A DNA stretch of 64,000 nt. It comes from Nemertoderma westbladi. Its lineage: Eukaryota > Animalia > Xenacoelomorpha. The stretch spans positions 1-64,000 of the forward strand of contig JAUCBJ010009117.1 in the NCBI GenBank assembly GCA_032718475.1. The letters run 5' to 3'. Position 1 is the stretch's first letter. Every line of letters starts with the position of its first letter. Positions 60,941 through 64,000 of the stretch are shown here, piece by piece. A program made the position numbers and the translations under genes. The notes beneath the pieces were generated by a model. The model was given only the letters and a program-made list of their open reading frames with translations, ran no database searches and had not been told where the DNA came from.

Positions 60941-63376
60941 CAGTCCCGCTCACCAACAGAGTGCCATCGGATCCGATCGGATCCAACACACTCCGACAGC
61001 TTCAAACAAGCACAATGCTAACCTACGGAGATTTAGTACTGTTTGATTCTGTTGGAGAAAATATTTCCAACAAGTTTAGTCTGTTGGAGCCCATCTGAAT
61101 CTGTCTGAAATCCGTCTGAAAGTGTTTGAAATTTCTGTTGGATGTTGTTGGAAGCTATCTGAAGTTGTCTGAAGCTGTTTGAAATTGTCTGAAACTGTTG
61201 GAAGTTGTCTGAAGATGTTTGACGCCATCGGAATTTGTTGGAATTTGCCAATGCCTTACAAAAGCGTAGTTCATTAACAAAATGTCAATCACTTTAACTC
61301 TCAATTTGAAGTGATTGTGAGGGTGTGCTATTGTCAATTATAAACCGAAACAAAGATTTGTTTCATTTAACAATTTTTATTTACATAATTATGTCGTTAA
61401 TTATATCAATTAATTAACTAGAATGCATAACCGAATAATAAATTCCTATAATATAAATTCCGATAAATGAATATAATAACACCAACCCGTTTTTAATTCC
61501 TTAATTTAATTAGAAATGTAAATAATGCTATAAATATATTAGTTTCTTTGACGTAGGGCACTAAATACTGCTCATAAAAAGATATAAACACAAACAGATT
61601 AAGCAAACAGTAAATATAATTACAATGAGTGAAAAAAAAAAATTTGGTTAATTTTATTAGTTGCGTTGAAAGAGCATCGAAATGAAAAGGTTTGCACGTA
61701 ATACTTCTAGCCCAACTATTTTTTCGCGCACCTACCCTATTTGAGTAAATTACATTCACACACTCAAAAGTTATTGCAACTTTAGTCTCTGCAAGGCGAA
61801 CTTCGAAACGGAACTCCATATCCAATATTGGTTTATAGTTAAGCGGTTCCCTAGTTACGAAATAAATATTCGAGAACAATAAATTATTTAACATTGAGTA
61901 AGGCAGCATTTAGGCAGAATTTAGGAACAAACAAGTACCTATTTAAGAATAAAATTACGTATACATGGGAAAACTTATTTTGAATAATAATTATCACTAC
62001 CCTTTAGTAATGATAGGTCGAAAGTCCCCCCTAGCCCTTCACAAGGGAGGGTGGACGTAGGGACGGGACGGGGCCCAACGCCAACATATCGTGATAGTTT
62101 GTCACATTGGAAGGGGAGGGGGGGGGGGGGGGGGGGGTTGATGAAACGTGGCTGTTAATGTTAAACGTGAATGAATTAATATCATAAAGTAGTATTGAGC
62201 ATTACGCACAACCATAATAGATTAGATAGAGAATTGGGAATGTGAAGGCCCTTGTTTTTACGTGACTGCCATGCCATATTATGATGTAATGTATATCCGC
62301 CATGGGAGAAACGAAATTGCGACAACTATGGAGAATCGGGAAGCCTGGAAGGATCTCATTTCCACTGTCCGAGTTCGCTCGACTTAGTAGTAGTAGTATA
62401 TCCGCCATTGACGTAATATGTTGTTATGTAAAAGGTAGACCTAATCACACCAGATACTAATTAAAATAATGTCTTAATAACTAATTATATTCATTCATAC
62501 AATAAGCAATGTAGCCAATTAAGGCTGTGATTGACAAATTAACCGCACAATTAATTAATTGACAAAACAAAAATCAAACTAGTAGAGATCATATCCAAAC
62601 CTGTATAAATATAAATAAACGCAAAAGATATAACTAACACATGTACGTACACTATATTAACTGTAGAGGGGGATACTGTCCCTCCTGCGAAAAGCAAAAT
62701 ATATTTATCAGTATTTTAATTAATGTAACTTAAAGAAATTGAGCCTTATTCGAAGAAATTCTACATGGGCATTTTGGACCTATACCGCCACTGCTTGGCT
62801 CTTTGGAAGTGTATTTCCGTAAAGCTCTATTGTATGGCTCTAGACCAACCCAAAGCAACATTAGTATGTGAACACAGAATTCCATTCCCCATTCATTTCA
62901 ATGGTAGCCAACTTGTCTTTCTTGTATTGGGGGTAGACCACTGGTTAGCTTTCTGCTATTGTGTTATTCAAAGATAGCGGCAGGAATAAAGAGAAATACC
63001 GACCTCACTAATGGGCTGTTCCTTCAGGTCAGCTTAAGTTACAGTGTGAATGTTCAAGGGCGCCGCCAGTGGCCAGTCCACTCTGTCGTTATTGTGGCTT
63101 TATGAATGGAGTTCCTTTAGTAGTTTCAAAAGCTTTCATTCTATCTGCGCGCAAGAAGATGGGAGTTGAGTTGGGGTTGCGGTTGAGTGTGGGTGGAGTG
63201 ATTGACAGGTTGTTGGAAGTTGTCTGATTCTGTTTGAAACTGTCTGAATCTGTTTGAAACTGTCTGAATCTGTTTGAAGTTGTTGGACTGTTGGAGTTTG
63301 TCTGAAAGTGTTTGAAGCTGTTGGATCCGATCGGTTCAGATCGGATCCGATGGCACTCTGTTGGTGAGCTGGACTG
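60941..63376. mobile_element. Non-autonomous Tc1/mariner-type element (TA TSD) inserted in the right TIR of 57615-63752
   Basis: TIR CAGTCCMGCTCACCAACAGAGTGCCATCGGATCCGATC; TA at 60939-60940 and 63377-63378; 10-bp TGTCTGAA-type subterminal repeats. Confidence 0.85.
62304..62395 (+). mobile_element. 92-bp 5'-truncated RTE-like insertion
   Basis: 13-bp TSD GTATATCCGCCAT (62291-62303, 62396-62408); encodes EIATTMENREAW; (TAG)n tail. Confidence 0.75.
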
Positions 63377-64000
63377 TAAATAAGAAACCCAGGTCAAAAA
63401 GTTCTTATTTAGGGACTTTTAGTATCTATGTGTACAATTTCGATATCTTAAATAAGGTAAATTTAAAAAATCCCCCTTATTTAGGAACTAGTCGTATTTT
63501 TGATGCAATTTTAAAACGCTTGTAGAAAAAAAACCGGACGGTGAAATGTTTTCTGGTTTTTTGCTTTATGTTCAAGAAAGACCCAACTTTTACATTGTGA
63601 AATAAAATTATGCGGTATTTTTTCCTGAAACAAGTGATTGCATATTATATCGAAAAAATATCCAAAAAAGGCCCAAAAACCCCTAAATAAGAGCCATTTT
63701 CCTTAAATAAGAACCCACTTTTGGAGCTTATTTAAGGGTATGTTCCCTACTGCCTACCGGTATGTATTACCGCAGTACCGGCATATATCAGCTCTTTATC
63801 AAATATTATTCCGCAATATAAAGTCACCTAAATCTTTACCAAATGAAAAGCATGGTATCATGCTACCGATAATTAAGTTCAGAAGTTGTACATAATTTAG
63901 GTATTAAATTATGTAGGTTATGCTTAGGCCTACCGTAGGTAATTCAGATTGCATTCTTCAGCTACTATTTGATTGTATATAACAGTACGGTAATCAATTA

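Larger units (their letters stand above)
57615..63752. mobile_element. Long-TIR non-autonomous DNA transposon with 5-bp TSD (Transib-like?) containing nested repeats
   Basis: About 415-bp TIRs starting CAGTAGGGAACATACCCTTAAATAAG; TSD CCTAC at 57610-57614 and 63753-63757; the right TIR is split into 60897-60940 + 63377-63752. Confidence 0.85.

Overview
Repeat-rich animal (probably invertebrate) nuclear DNA with a 100-N scaffold gap. Host genes, all on the - strand: an intronless ZMPSTE24/STE24 (7902-9488), a small intronless CS/p23-domain ORF (12080-12541), and three spliced exons of a TFG orthologue (PB1 domain; 38766-38713, 22443-22302, 22176-22093) that the ORF track misses. The main observation is that the ~11 kb 55-bp satellite lies inside TFG intron 1, and its unit is the intron's own 3' splice site plus the first 12 nt of exon 2. 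About 200 identical AG|GT junctions therefore precede the real exon, and each permuted unit reads as a GT...AG mini-intron. A 5-kb CACTA/EnSpm element later split this array. The 5' end holds a four-level nest: HINE-like repeat > hAT element > CRE-endonuclease fragment / intact Neptune-type Penelope-like element with hammerhead ribozymes in both pLTRs / second CRE fragment. Also present: a Crypton tyrosine-recombinase relic, a spliced Mutator-SWIM transposase pseudogene carrying four minisatellite expansions, RTE/CR1/L2 LINE fragments, many MITEs with clear TSDs, and a tRNA-like repeat with an embedded hammerhead-like core. All calls were made by eye; no database searches were run.
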